A stretch of DNA of 64,000 bases, from assembly GCA_963742245.1 (NCBI GenBank), contig CAVULG010000004.1, positions 279,493 through 343,492 of the forward strand, given 5' to 3'. Numbering within the stretch: position 1 is the first letter of the stretch; each line of letters begins with the position of its first letter. Source of the DNA: an uncultured Acidobacteriota bacterium. Its GTDB lineage: Bacteria > Acidobacteriota > Thermoanaerobaculia > UBA5066 > Gp7-AA6. The position numbers and the translations under genes are program-made. Positions 20,301 to 30,331 of this stretch are shown here, piece after piece. The notes beneath the pieces are model-generated. The model had not been told where the DNA came from, did not search any database, and saw nothing but the letters and a program-made list of their open reading frames with translations.

Positions 20301-20558
20301 CCTTCGCCGAGGCGAGGAGCGCGTCGACCATGCGGGAGGCTTCCTCGAACTTCTGCTCGTTGACGAGGCGGTCGACCTCCTTCCAGGAGGCCGGGGCGGC
20401 CGCCGCGGGAGCCGCGGTCGGCGTCCGAACGGCGGAAACGGCTCGGGGCTTCGGCTTCGGGGTCGGTGTCGGGCGCCGCCAGCTCCGGAAACGGCCGCCG
20501 CCAGGACGGCCGCGGCCGCAACTCCAGCCCATCTCGAAAGCGCGCGCATCTTGGTCAT
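14375..20558 (-). pseudogene. Large bacterial alpha-2-macroglobulin family protein with thioester motif; reading frame broken many times upstream of about 16850
   Basis: ORF 14375..16849 (824 aa) contains YPYECTEQTLNRF (CxEQ thioester). Fragments 16684..17625, 17213..19177, 17292..19886, 19244..20521 and 18859..20532 continue the protein across all three minus frames. The signal peptide (MTKMRALSRWAGVAAAAVLAAAV) lies in 20205..20714. Total is about 2060 codons. Confidence 0.8.
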
Positions 20559-20601
20559 TGTGACCATAGAGGAACCCGGCCCAAACCGAAAGTTCCGGGT
20601 T

Positions 20602-22852
20602 CTATTTCTGAAAGGCGTAGGAGAGCTTGAGCAGGAACTGGCGGTCTGGGGGCGGAGGTCGATGCCGGTGGTCTCGAGGAGGGCACGGTTGTCCCCGTAG
20701 CCGACGAAAAGCACGGTCTGCCAGTTGAGCTTGTAGGCGAAGAGAGCGGACCCGGCAAAACTCCGACTCCTTCGAGGGAACGGGAAAGGTCCACAGCGCC
20801 GGGTCGCGCGTCGTCTCCAGGTACTGGCCGATCACGCGGAAGTACATCCGCGCGTTGAACACGTAGATCGCCTTCGCGCGGGCCACGGTCGCCGTGAACA
20901 GGCGGCCGCCCCGGCCGTCGACCGTCTCGTCGATCCACTGCCGCTCCCCGAGCAGGTCGAGCGCGAGATGGGCCGTGGGCCGGATCGTGGTGGAAGCGGA
21001 GAGAGCCGCCGTTTCCGACGCGCACGTTCGAGACGTCCGGCTGCTGGCCGTAGTTGCCCGCGAAGGTGACCCGGGGTATCCAGCGCGAGGGCGACGCCTG
21101 GAGGCTCCACACGAAACGGTCGAACTCGAGCGTCCGCCCGTCGATGCGGACCGCCTCGAAGTTGTAGTTGATCTCTCCGCGCAGGCTCCACTTCGCCTGG
21201 AACGCGATGCCCGGGAAGTAGCTCCGGGCGATGAGGTCGCCCTCGCGGTCGGTCTCGTAGTTGGCGCCGGCGAGAGGCCGCAGGCGCGAGAAGAAACCGG
21301 TCGGAAAGAAGCGATAGCCGATGCCGGCCTCGCCCTCGCGGTAACCGACCTGCGGCACGAAGCCGTCGTCGGCGAGGAAGCCCGGCGCAAAGTCGGCGTA
21401 CCCGAGGTTCCATTCCCAGTTCGTCGTCGAGTGGATCCACTCGGCCTGCCATCCGAAGCCGGACTGCTTCTGCCCGACCCAGCCGGGGTAGAGGTCGGGG
21501 CGGTCCGGGTTCTGCGAGAAGCTGTAGAGGTACTGGCCGTTGATGATGTCGTCGTCGCCGGCCTGCCAGTGGAAGTCCCCGCCGACGACGGCGTTGTACC
21601 CGCCGCCCTCGATGACGCGTCCCGTCGCGAGCACGCCGGCGAAAGAATCGCCGAGGTCCTGGCGCACGCGCGCGATCGCCAACCGTCGACTCGTAGTTCT
21701 GCGGCGCGGTCTCCGAGAAGACGGGACCCGGGATGATCACCGTGCCGCCGCCCTCGTCGCTCGCGACGAGGGCCGTGAAGTTCGTGCCGCCGGACTTGCC
21801 CGTCAGGCGCGCGCCCCAGAGCGGCTGACGTGATCGTCCGCGTGTAGACGACCTGGATCGGCGTCTGGAGCAGGTCGACGTGCTCGAGGAAGAACGGACG
21901 CTTCTCCGGATAGAAGAGCGCGAAGCGCTCGTTGACCGCGATCTGCGCGGTGTCGGCCTCGATCTGGGAGAAGTCCGGGTTGATCGTCGCGTCGATGATC
22001 GTGTCGGCGTTCGGCAGCCACTTCGCGTCGAGGCCGACCTTGCCCTTCGTGTCGTGTCGTCGTCGAACGCCGAGAGCGGGTCGCCGTAGGTCTTCGTGTT
22101 CGTGACGGCGCCGTAAGGAGCGAGCACCCAGTGGGCTCCCTGGGGAAGGCCCGTGATCCCCTCGAGTCGTCGCCGAGTTGCAGAGGAAACAGCTCGAGCC
22201 GCGCGGCACGCGCACGTTGTAGAACTGGTAGTTCCGATCGCGCGGGTACGATGCGGTACATCATGAGGGCCCAGTTCTGGGGGTCGTCTTTCGGATAGCG
22301 CAGTCGACGAGAGCGGGATGGCCACCTCGGCCGTCCAGGAGTCCGTGCCGATCTTTCCGGCGGACTGCCAGAAGTAGTCGGGGCCGAAGTCCTCGGTGAA
22401 GGTCCCCTCGAAGAAGACGGAATCCGCCTGGATGCCGCGCGGCCCGATCCAGAAGTCGATCGAGCGAGTGGTCCTGGTTCTCGACGTCGAGGAGGATGCC
22501 GACGTAGTCCTGGTCGTCGTTGATGCCGTCGCGATCGACGAAGGGCGCGCGCAGCTTCCCGATGTCCGGGTCCTCGCACCAGAAGGACGCGTAGAAGAAC
22601 TTGTCGTCGTAGCCGATGCGGGCGAGGGTCCGGACGGCGGGCGTCGTGTTGTCGCCGGGGTTGATTTCGTAGATGAGCGGGACCTCGGTCGCCTCCGTCC
22701 AGCCGGGGTCGGAGAGGTTGCCGTCGACCCGTGATGGGGGTCGTGATCCGGGCGAGCTTGATCTGCGGCTTTTGGGCTTCCGGGCTCGCTCGCCAGAAGC
22801 CAAAGCGGCCGCGCGCACACCACGGCCAGGATGGCGAGGAGCGAAGCCTCAT
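20602..22852 (-). pseudogene. DUF5916-type outer-membrane protein with N-terminal CBM9/DOMON-like domain; multiple frameshifts
   Basis: Fragment 22261..22818 (VDGNLSDPGWTEATEVPLIYEINPGDNTTP..FFYASFWCEDPD), fragment 20832..22823, fragment 20602..22215 (INPDFSQIEADTAQIAVNERFALFYPEKRPFFLE) and fragment 20555..21682. The protein ends FLLKLSYAFQK. Confidence 0.65.
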
Positions 22853-22906
22853 TGGCAGAAGTTTACGGGAGGGTAGGCGCGAAAGTTCGCGCCGGGTTGC
22901 CAGTTT

Positions 22907-25900
22907 CTATCGAAAATCGTGGCTCGGCAGTTTGCGCGAACTCGGGAATCGTCCAGAACTGCTCGGCCTCACCGAGAGCGACCCGTCCTGCGCTGGAGCT
23001 TGCCCTTCGACGACGAGGGCCCCCGAGCCGACGACGACGGCGCGCTGCTGCCGGAAGAGGTCCGGCCGGACGATCGCCTGGAGCATCCCGGTCTCGTCCT
23101 CGAGCGTCAGGAAGACGAACCCCTTCGCCGTTCCCGGCCGCTGCCGCACGATGACGGCGCCGGCCGCCGTGACGCGGTCGCCGTCCCGGCGCCGCAGGAG
23201 CTCTCGCGCCGACAGCACGCCGCGGCGCGCGAGCGACTTGCGCAGGTGCGCGAGCATGTGGGGGCCCGTCGTGATCTCGGTCGCCGCGTAGTCGGCGCGC
23301 GTCTCCTCGATCGGCGACATTTCCGGCAGGGGCGAGGGCGCGGGCCGTCCGTCGGGATCTCCGCGAAGAGCGGCCCGGCTTCCCGCGCGACCTTGGCGAC
23401 CTGCCACAGCGCCGCCCGCCGCGTCTTGCCGAACGCCGCGAGCGCTCCCGCGTGCGCGAGCAGCTCCAGCTCTCCCGTCGCGCAGGCGGCACCGCCGCGC
23501 GAGGTCGTCGATCGAAGACGAACGGCGACGCCGCCTGCGCCCGCTCGACCGCCTCCCCCGCCTCCTGCCGCAGGCCCTTGACGAACCGCATCCCGAGCCG
23601 CACGGCCTCTCTCGCTCCCAGCGGCACATCCAGCCCGAGCGCGTCACGTCCACGGGCCGCACCCCGTGCCGTGGTGCTGCGCGTCCTTGACGAGGGTCGC
23701 CGGGTGGTAGAAGCCCATCGGCCACGCGTTCAAGCAGCGCCGCGAGAAACGCCGCCGGGTGGTGCGCCTTCAGGTACGCGCTCGCGTACGCGATCAGCGC
23801 GAAGCTCGCCGCGTGCGACTCGGGAAAGCCGTAGAGCGCGAAGGAGGTGATCGACTTGACGATCTGCTCCTGCGCCGCCGGCGCCGATGCCCGCGCTCGG
23901 CCATGCCCTGGCGCAGCCGCGCCTCGATCGAGTCCATCCGCTCGACCGAGCGCTTGAAGCCCATCGCGCGCCGCAGCTCCTCGGCCTCTCCTCCCGTGAA
24001 GCCCGCCGCCACCATCGCCATGCTTCAGGATCTGCTCCTGGAAGAGCGGGACGCCGAGCGTGCGCTTCAGGATCGGCTCGAGGCAGGGGTGCGGGTACTC
24101 GACCTTCGCCCGGCCCTGCCGCCGCTCGAAGAACGGGCGCACCATGCCGCCGACGATGCGGCCCGGGCCGGATGATCGCGACCTGGACGACGATGTCGTA
24201 GAAGCACTTCGGGGCGTTGCGCGGCAGCGAGGCCATCTGCGCGCGGCTCTCGACCTGGAAGAGGCCGACCGTGTCGGCCGCGTTCAGCATCGCGGTAGAC
24301 CGCCGGGTCGTCCTGCGGCAGGTGCGCGAGGTCCACGTCGATCTTCTCGTGCGTCGCGGATCATCGGGATCGCCTCCTCGATCGCGGCGAGCATGCCGAG
24401 GCCGAGCAGGTCCACCTTCACGATCCCGAGGTCGGCGCAGTCGTCCTTGTCCCACTGCACGACGACGCGGCCCGGCATGGACGCGGGCTCGAGCGGGACG
24501 ACCTCGTCGAGGCGCCCCGCCGCGACGACGATGCCGCCCGAGTGCTGGCCGAGGTGGCGCGGCAGGTTCTGGATCTGGAGGAAGAGGCGCAGGAAGTGCC
24601 GCGCGCGCCGCTCCTCGGGATCGAGGCCGGCCGCGCGCGATCTCGCCCGCGAGCTCCTCGGGCGGATCGCGGATCTCGCCGAAGTTCCAGCCGCCGAGCT
24701 GCTTGGACAGCGCGTCCACCTGCGCGGGCGAATAGCCGAGGGCCTTGGCGCACCTCGCGCGCCGAGGAGCGGTCCCGGTACGTGATGACGTTGGCCGTCA
24801 TGCCGGCGCCGTGCGGCCCGTACTTCTCGTAGACGTGCTGGATGACGCGCTCGCGCTGGTCGCCGGACGGCAGGTCGAGGTCGATGTCCGGCCACTCGCC
24901 GCGCTCCTCCGAGAGGAAGCGCTCGAAGAGCAGCTCCATCTTCACCGGGTCCACCGCCGTGATCGAGAGCGCGTAGCAGACGGCGCTGTTGGCGGCCGAG
25001 CCGCGTCCCTGCACGAGGATGCGGTTCTCGAGGCAGAAGCGCACGACGTCCCAGACGATCAGGAAGTAGCCGGCGAGATCGAGCTTCTCGATCATCGCGA
25101 GCTCCTTCTCGATCTGGGCCTGGGCCTTCGCGTCAGCGGGCGGAACCGCGCGCAGGCGCCGTTCCAGGCGAGCTGGCGCAGGTACGAGGACGGCGTCTCG
25201 CCGGGCGGCAGCGGATAGTCCGGGAAAGCGGTAGCCGAGGTCCGCGAGAGTGAAGTCGAGGCGCCGGCGAAAGCGCGCCGCCGCCGCGAGCGCCTCGGGC
25301 AGGTCCGCGAAGAGCTTCGTCCATCTCGGCGGCGCCCTTGAAATGCCGCTCGCGCTGCGCGGCGAGAAGCTTGCCCGCGCCGTCGAGCGTCGTGTGGTGG
25401 CGGATGCACGTCATGACGTCGTGGAGCTCCTTGTCTTCTGCGCGCGCGTAGCGCACGCCGTTGGAGGCGAGGAGCGGGAGACGCAGCCGGCGCGCGAGGT
25501 CCACGAGCGCCTGGTTGCGGTGCTCTTCCTCGCGCAGGCGATGCCGCTGCAGCTCGACGTGGAGCCGGCCCGGGAAGATCGCGGCGAGCCTCTCGAGCAG
25601 CGCCTGCGCCGCGTCGGGGCCGGCCACCCGCGAGAGCGCCCGCGCGACCGGCGCCTCGTCGCCGCCCGTCGCGACGTGCAGCCCCTCCGCGTGCGCGGCG
25701 ACCTGCGCGAGCGTGACGGACGTCTCGCCCTTCGGGCTTCCCGAGCGCGCCGGCCGTGATCAGGCGGCAGAGGTTCCGGTAGCCGGTGCGGTTCTCGACG
25801 AGGAGCGTGAGCCGCGGGAAGCGGCTCCGGATCCGCATCCCGGGCGCGGGGCCCCTACGGGTTCATCGTCGGGATCTTCTGCATGGCGCGCGGGGTCGCC

Positions 25901-26348
25901 TTGTCGCTCCCTCGCCCTGAACCAGAACGTCACCTCCGCCCCCACGAGCGCCCGCACCCCCGCCGCCTTCGCCGCCTTCTAGAACCGCGGCGCGCCGTAG
26001 ACGCCGTTGCGGTCGACGAGCGCGACGGCCGGGATCTCCAGGCTCGCGGCTTCCTCGACGAGGTCCTCGGGCAGCGAGGAGCCGTCCAGGAACGAGAACG
26101 CCGATGCCGCGCGCAGCTCGAGCAGGGACGCGGCGCGGGAAGGGGCGCGAGCCGGAGCGTCGGACGCGCGTCGGAAGGTTGACTCGCGCTGCCGGAGCTT
26201 CTCTTTGCGCGCGCCCGCCGCGACGATCAGCGTGAGCGGATCGGCCGCGTCGTGCCGCCCGCCGCAGCTCGCAGTTGCCCACGCCGAGATTGCGCGACGG
26301 GGGCATTCCCCCGGGACCTTCCGGACGGACGCTGCGCTTCTCGGCCAT
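22907..26348 (-). pseudogene. dnaE2: Error-prone DNA polymerase III alpha-subunit homolog DnaE2; frame broken many times; N-terminal boundary uncertain
   Basis: Fragment 25979..26599 (LELRAASAFSFLDGSSLPEDLVEEA, the PHP N-terminus), fragment 25133..25627, fragment 24418..25095 (GYFLIVWDVVRFCLENRILVQGRGSAANSAVCYALSITAVDP), fragment 23730..24719, and fragment 22907..24145 ([41 protein letters not shown]-terminal SHDFR). The ATG at 26348 sits 9 nt after a -10 box. Confidence 0.8.
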
Positions 26349-26355
26349 GGGGGAA

Positions 26356-26386
26356 GGATCATAGGCGTAAAAAAGGCGTAACTCAA
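26356..26386 (-). promoter_or_regulatory. Near-consensus sigma70-type promoter TTGAGT-N17-TATGAT(CC), with direct repeat TTACGCC-N4-TTACGCC in the spacer, upstream of dnaE2
   Basis: The minus strand reads GGATTGAGTTACGCCTTTTTTACGCCTATGATCCTTCCCCCATG. This is the most AT-rich spot of the region. The repeat copies lie at 26364..26370 and 26375..26381. Confidence 0.45.
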
Positions 26387-26403
26387 TCCGGGGTCCCCGA
26401 ATC

Positions 26404-26856
26404 TCAGACGTCCATGTACTCCGGCTTGTACCCGGCCATGAGGTCGCCCTTCGGGAGGATCGTCTGGCCGGGGCCGCTCGCCGCGTCGCCCGTCTTGACC
26501 CAGTGCCACGCGTGCAGGACATCGGGGCCGTGGTAGTAGCGCGTTTCGGCCTGGATGAGGACGGTGCCGCCGAGAATCTCGGCCTTCAGCTCCTCCCACT
26601 TGCTCGCGCCGACGACCGCCACCCGCTCGATGTGCTCGGCGTACTTCGAGATGAACTTGATCTCTTCCCAGCGCGCCGGCCAGTCGGTGCCTTCCATGTC
26701 GGTCAGGTCGGCGAGGATTCCGATGGTGCGCTTGCCGCGTTGACCAATCGCCATCTCGATCTGAGGCAGAAACGCCCGAACCTCGTCGGCCGTGACCTTC
26801 CCGCTCACCTTGAACCCGAAGGCGCGGCCCTCGCTCTGTTTGAGTCTCTCGATCAT
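26404..26856 (-). CDS. STAS/SpoIIAA-like (DUF3478-type) protein
   Basis: 150 aa from MIERLKQSEGRAFGFKVSGKVTADEV, within ORF 26404..27342. AGGAGAA lies upstream of the ATG. Confidence 0.6.
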   Translation of the reverse strand: MIERLKQSEGRAFGFKVSGKVTADEVRAFLPQIEMAIGQRGKRTIGILADLTDMEGTDWPARWEEIKFISKYAEHIERVAVVGASKWEELKAEILGGTVLIQAETRYYHGPDVLHAWHWVKTGDAASGPGQTILPKGDLMAGYKPEYMDV

Positions 26857-26885
26857 GGGTTGCGATTCTCCTGCGGCTGACGATA

Positions 26886-27410
26886 TCAGCCCGTCAACTG
26901 CTTGCGGTGATGGCGCGCGTGCGCGGTCATGAGCTTGACGACCTCGTACTCCGAGAGCTTGCCGAAGTAGGCGTGCGTCAGGCGGACGCGCCGCAGGGCG
27001 CGGGCCGATGCGAGCGCAATGAAGAACCGGCCGGCCTGCGCGTCCAGTCGGCGCGCGGCTTCGTCCGGTCCTGCGGAGGTCCGCGTCGGCCGGATCTCGC
27101 GCGGCGCCGGCGCGCCGGTCGGGAAGGCTCCCCGGACAATGCCGGGCAGGACCTTCCACCGGAGGAACCGCCGCTTCCACCACGGCACACGGACGGAGAA
27201 GCCCGGCCCCCCCGCGAGCTCCGAGAGCGGCGGGTCGTACGACACCGCCAGATGCTCGGCGATCTCCGCGCGCGACCAGCCGCCGGGCCGCGCCGGTTCC
27301 ATCCAGCGCTCCGGCGCGATGCCGCGGATCGCCGCGGCGCACTCCTCGATCTCGCGGCGGTGCTCCCGCTCGGCTGCGGTGAGGCCGAGGGCGAGATCCG
27401 GGGAGGTCAT
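26886..27410 (-). CDS. DinB_2-family four-helix-bundle protein (not DNA polymerase IV)
   Basis: 174 aa from MTSPDLALGLTAAEREHRREIEE, within ORF 26886..27680. Family-typical C-terminal segment: THAYFGKLSEYEVVKLMTAHARHHRKQ. Its ATG overlaps the upstream stop (ATGA). Confidence 0.65.
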   Translation of the reverse strand: MTSPDLALGLTAAEREHRREIEECAAAIRGIAPERWMEPARPGGWSRAEIAEHLAVSYDPPLSELAGGPGFSVRVPWWKRRFLRWKVLPGIVRGAFPTGAPAPREIRPTRTSAGPDEAARRLDAQAGRFFIALASARALRRVRLTHAYFGKLSEYEVVKLMTAHARHHRKQLTG

Positions 27411-27808
27411 CCCCGCGCCGCGCGCGCCACGGTCTCCGCCTCGCGCTCGAACGCGTTGTCGGCCCACGCGTGCCGGCCGCCGGCGAGCGCCGCGATGCTC
27501 GAGGCCGCGTAGAGGATCGGAAAGAGGGCGCCCCAGCGCTCGTACTGCTTCACGTGCGCCCGCTCGTGCGCGCGGGTCTCGTCGAGCTCCCGCTCGCCGG
27601 CGCCGAGGACGACATGCCCGAGCGTGATCGCGGAGATCGGAAACCCCGGGACCGCGCGCCGGAGCAGCGGCCGGAGCCACCCGCCGCCCGCCTCGACGAC
27701 CCCGTTTCGCACACGCGCGCGCGCTCCCGTCGCCATCGCGAGCGCGACGACGGGCAGCGCCGCCAGCGAAATCGGCCCCGCCCAGATGTAGCGCGCCAGC
27801 TTGCTCAC
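27407..27808 (-). CDS. Small membrane protein with an HExxH motif (HERAH); function unknown
   Basis: Intact 133-aa ORF with two hydrophobic segments and TRAHERAHVKQYERWG. It is translationally coupled to the DinB_2 gene. Confidence 0.5.
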   Translation of the reverse strand: MSKLARYIWAGPISLAALPVVALAMATGARARVRNGVVEAGGGWLRPLLRRAVPGFPISAITLGHVVLGAGERELDETRAHERAHVKQYERWGALFPILYAASSIAALAGGRHAWADNAFEREAETVARAARG

Positions 27809-27836
27809 GCCCCCTAGCCTCTCCCGGATCCGCGCC

Positions 27837-29224
27837 TCACATGTCCTCCAGCGCCCGTCCCTTGGTTTCCCTCACGTACCGGACGACGAACACGAGCGAG
27901 AGCCCGGCGGCCGCCGTGTACAGGCCATACGCAAGACCGAGCCCCGCCTTGGAGAGCGGCGGGAATGTCAGGGTCACGACCCAGTTCGCGATCCACTGCG
28001 CGGAGGCCGCGAGGGCGAGCGCCGCTCCGCGGATGCGGTTGTTGAACATCTCGCCGAGCAGGACCCACACGATCGGGCCCCAGGAGAAGCCGAACGCGAA
28101 GACGTACAGGTTCGCCGCGATCAGCGCGCCCGTGCCGCTCGCGCCGGCCAGCACGGGCGAGCCGGTCGCGTCGAGCGCCGCGTGCGCGAAGAGCCACGCC
28201 ATCGTGCCGAGCGTCAGCGTCATGCCGATCGAGCCCGCGATCAGCAGCGGCTTCCGACCGAACCGGTCGACGAACGCGATCGCGATCAGCGTCGTGACGA
28301 TGTTGATCACGCCCGTGATCGAGCTGATGCGCATGGAATCGGCCTCGGTGAAGCCCACGGAGTGCCACAAGGCGGTGCGAGTAATAGAAGATGACGTTGA
28401 TCCCGACGAGCTGCTGAAAGACCGAGAGACCGATGCCGACCCAGACGATCGGCAGCAGGAAGCTCGCCGGCGAGCGCAGGTCCGAGACCCGCGACGGCTT
28501 GTCGGAGCGCACCGTGCCCTCGATGTCGCGGATCCGCTCGGGCACAGCGGGCTCTCCCGATCTTCTCGAGGATCGCGGCGGCTTCACCCGCGCGTCCCTT
28601 CGCGACGAGGTAGCGCGGCGACTCGGGAATGAAGAACGCGCCGATTCCGTAGAAGAGCGACGGGAGAACCTCCACCCAGAACATCCAGCGCCAGGCCGGG
28701 ACGCCGAACCAGAAGGGGGCGTCCGGGGATCCCGCCGTGTGGGCGATCAGGTCGTTGACGGCGAGCGCGAGAAAGATGCCGACGACGATCGCCAGCTGCT
28801 GGAGCGAGCCGAGGCGGCCGCGCATCCGCGCCGGCGCCACTTCCGCGATGTACGCCGGCGCGATGACGCTCGCGGCGCCGACCGCGATTCCGCCGAGGAA
28901 CCTCCAGACCGAGAATGCCCAGAGGCTCTCGGCCATTCCCGATCCGAGCGAGCTGACGGCGAAGAGGAGCGCCGTCAGCTTCATGGCGCGCACGCGTCCC
29001 GCGCGGTCCGCGACGCGCCCGGCGATCAGCGCCCCGACCGCCGAGCCGAGCAGCGCCGCCGCGACGGCGAATCCGAGCCGGCCCGGGTCGGCCGTAAAGT
29101 GGCGCTCGAGCGCGCCGACGGTGCCGTTGATGACGGCCGTGTCGTAGCCGAACAGGAAACCGCCGGTGGCGGCCACGGCGCAGATCCAGAAGACGTACCG
29201 GGTCCCGCTGCTACTCATCGACAA
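27837..29224 (-). pseudogene. MFS sugar-porter family transporter; two frameshifts (near 28555 and 28375)
   Basis: Fragment 28307..29224 (FGYDTAVINGT, GRVADRAGRV, PAYIAEVAPARMRGRLGSLQQL, PESPRYL), fragment 27814..28587 (FQQLVGINVIFYYS) and fragment 27837..28370 (DRFGRKPLL, GPIVWVLLGEMFNNRIRG, ETKGRALEDM). Confidence 0.8.
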
Positions 29225-30314
29225 ACACCTCCGCGATGGCCGGCGTGCGGCCGGTGAAGGACTCGTCGCTGTTGACGAGGAGCGCCACCACCAGACGCTC
29301 CTCCGGGTAGATCACGAGGTTCGCCGTTCCTCCCTGCGCGCCGCCCGAGTGGCGCACGCGGCGCCGTCCCTTCGCGTCGCGGTCGACGGTCCAGCCGATC
29401 CCGTAGTCGGTGTCCTTGCCGTCCGCGGTCTTCATCGACGTCCAGAGCAGCCGCACCGTCTCGGGTTTCATGAGACGGCCGTCGAGAAGCGCGTTGGCGA
29501 AACGGACGAGATCCTCGGCGGTCGACAGGAATCCTCCGCCCGCCCACTTGAGGCTGTTGTCGACGTAACCGGCGTTGATGACGGCGCCCGTCGCCTCGTC
29601 CCGGGTGTAGAACCGCCCCCGCCCCGGGATGATCGGCGTCACCTGGTCCGCGGAGGTGTGGGCCATGCCGGCCGGCCCGAACACCTTCTTGTCCATGAAC
29701 GCGAGAAACGGCTCGCCGCTGGCGCCCTCGATGACGGCCGAGATCAGGTTCCACCCGTACGACGAGTACGAGAACTTCGCGCCGGGCTCGAAGAGCAGCG
29801 CGTCGTTCTCGAAGACCACGAGACCGGCGCGCACCGTGGGGTAAGGATCCCGGATCAGGAACTCGTTTCCCTCGTAGTGGCGGATCCCGGCGATGTGTCC
29901 GGCGAGCTGACGCGTCGTGATCGGCCACGCCTTCTTCGGGAAATCCGGCACGTACTTCTGCACGGGCGCGTCGAGATCGAGCCGGCCCTCCTCGACGAGC
30001 ACGCCGATGGCGGCCGCCGTCAGAGGCTTGGAGACGCTCCCGATGCGCAAACGCGTCGCCGGCGCCACCGGCACGTCGAGCTCGAGGTCCGCGCAACCGA
30101 AGCTCTCGCTCCAGACGAGCCTCCCGCCCCGGGAGACCGCGATCTGGGCTCCCGGCGCCAGGGTACGGGCCATCGCGCTCTCGACGATGTCGCGCGCCTT
30201 GCCAACGGCGGTCGAGGCTGCCGGAGTCGGCGCCGGACCCGGTGCCTGGGCGTATGCGCGCGCCGCGCACGCGATCAGCGCCGCATGCAACGCGCGCCGG
30301 AGAGTCCTGCTCAT
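29211..30314 (-). CDS. Secreted serine hydrolase of the beta-lactamase/class-C-like family
   Basis: Intact 367-aa ORF with a signal peptide. It has the SxxK motif (IGSVSKPLTAAA) and a downstream YSSYGW segment. Confidence 0.75.
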   Translation of the reverse strand: MSRTLRRALHAALIACAARAYAQAPGPAPTPAASTAVGKARDIVESAMARTLAPGAQIAVSRGGRLVWSESFGCADLELDVPVAPATRLRIGSVSKPLTAAAIGVLVEEGRLDLDAPVQKYVPDFPKKAWPITTRQLAGHIAGIRHYEGNEFLIRDPYPTVRAGLVVFENDALLFEPGAKFSYSSYGWNLISAVIEGASGEPFLAFMDKKVFGPAGMAHTSADQVTPIIPGRGRFYTRDEATGAVINAGYVDNSLKWAGGGFLSTAEDLVRFANALLDGRLMKPETVRLLWTSMKTADGKDTDYGIGWTVDRDAKGRRRVRHSGGAQGGTANLVIYPEERLVVALLVNSDESFTGRTPAIAEVFVDE

Positions 30315-30331
30315 GCCGATCCCCTTCCCTT

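Noticed and set aside
20572-20602. Hairpins GAACCCGG-N15-CCGGGTTC (20572..20602) and GGCGCG-AAAGTT-CGCGCC (22876..22893) as intrinsic terminators.
   Set aside because: Neither has a downstream U-tract on the coding strand. At best they are weak structural elements, so they are not listed as terminators.
26404-27808. imuA/imuB or a Pol IV gene upstream of dnaE2.
   Set aside because: The three upstream ORFs are STAS-like, DinB_2 (a four-helix bundle, unrelated to DinB polymerase) and an HExxH membrane protein. None has RecA-like or Y-family polymerase motifs.
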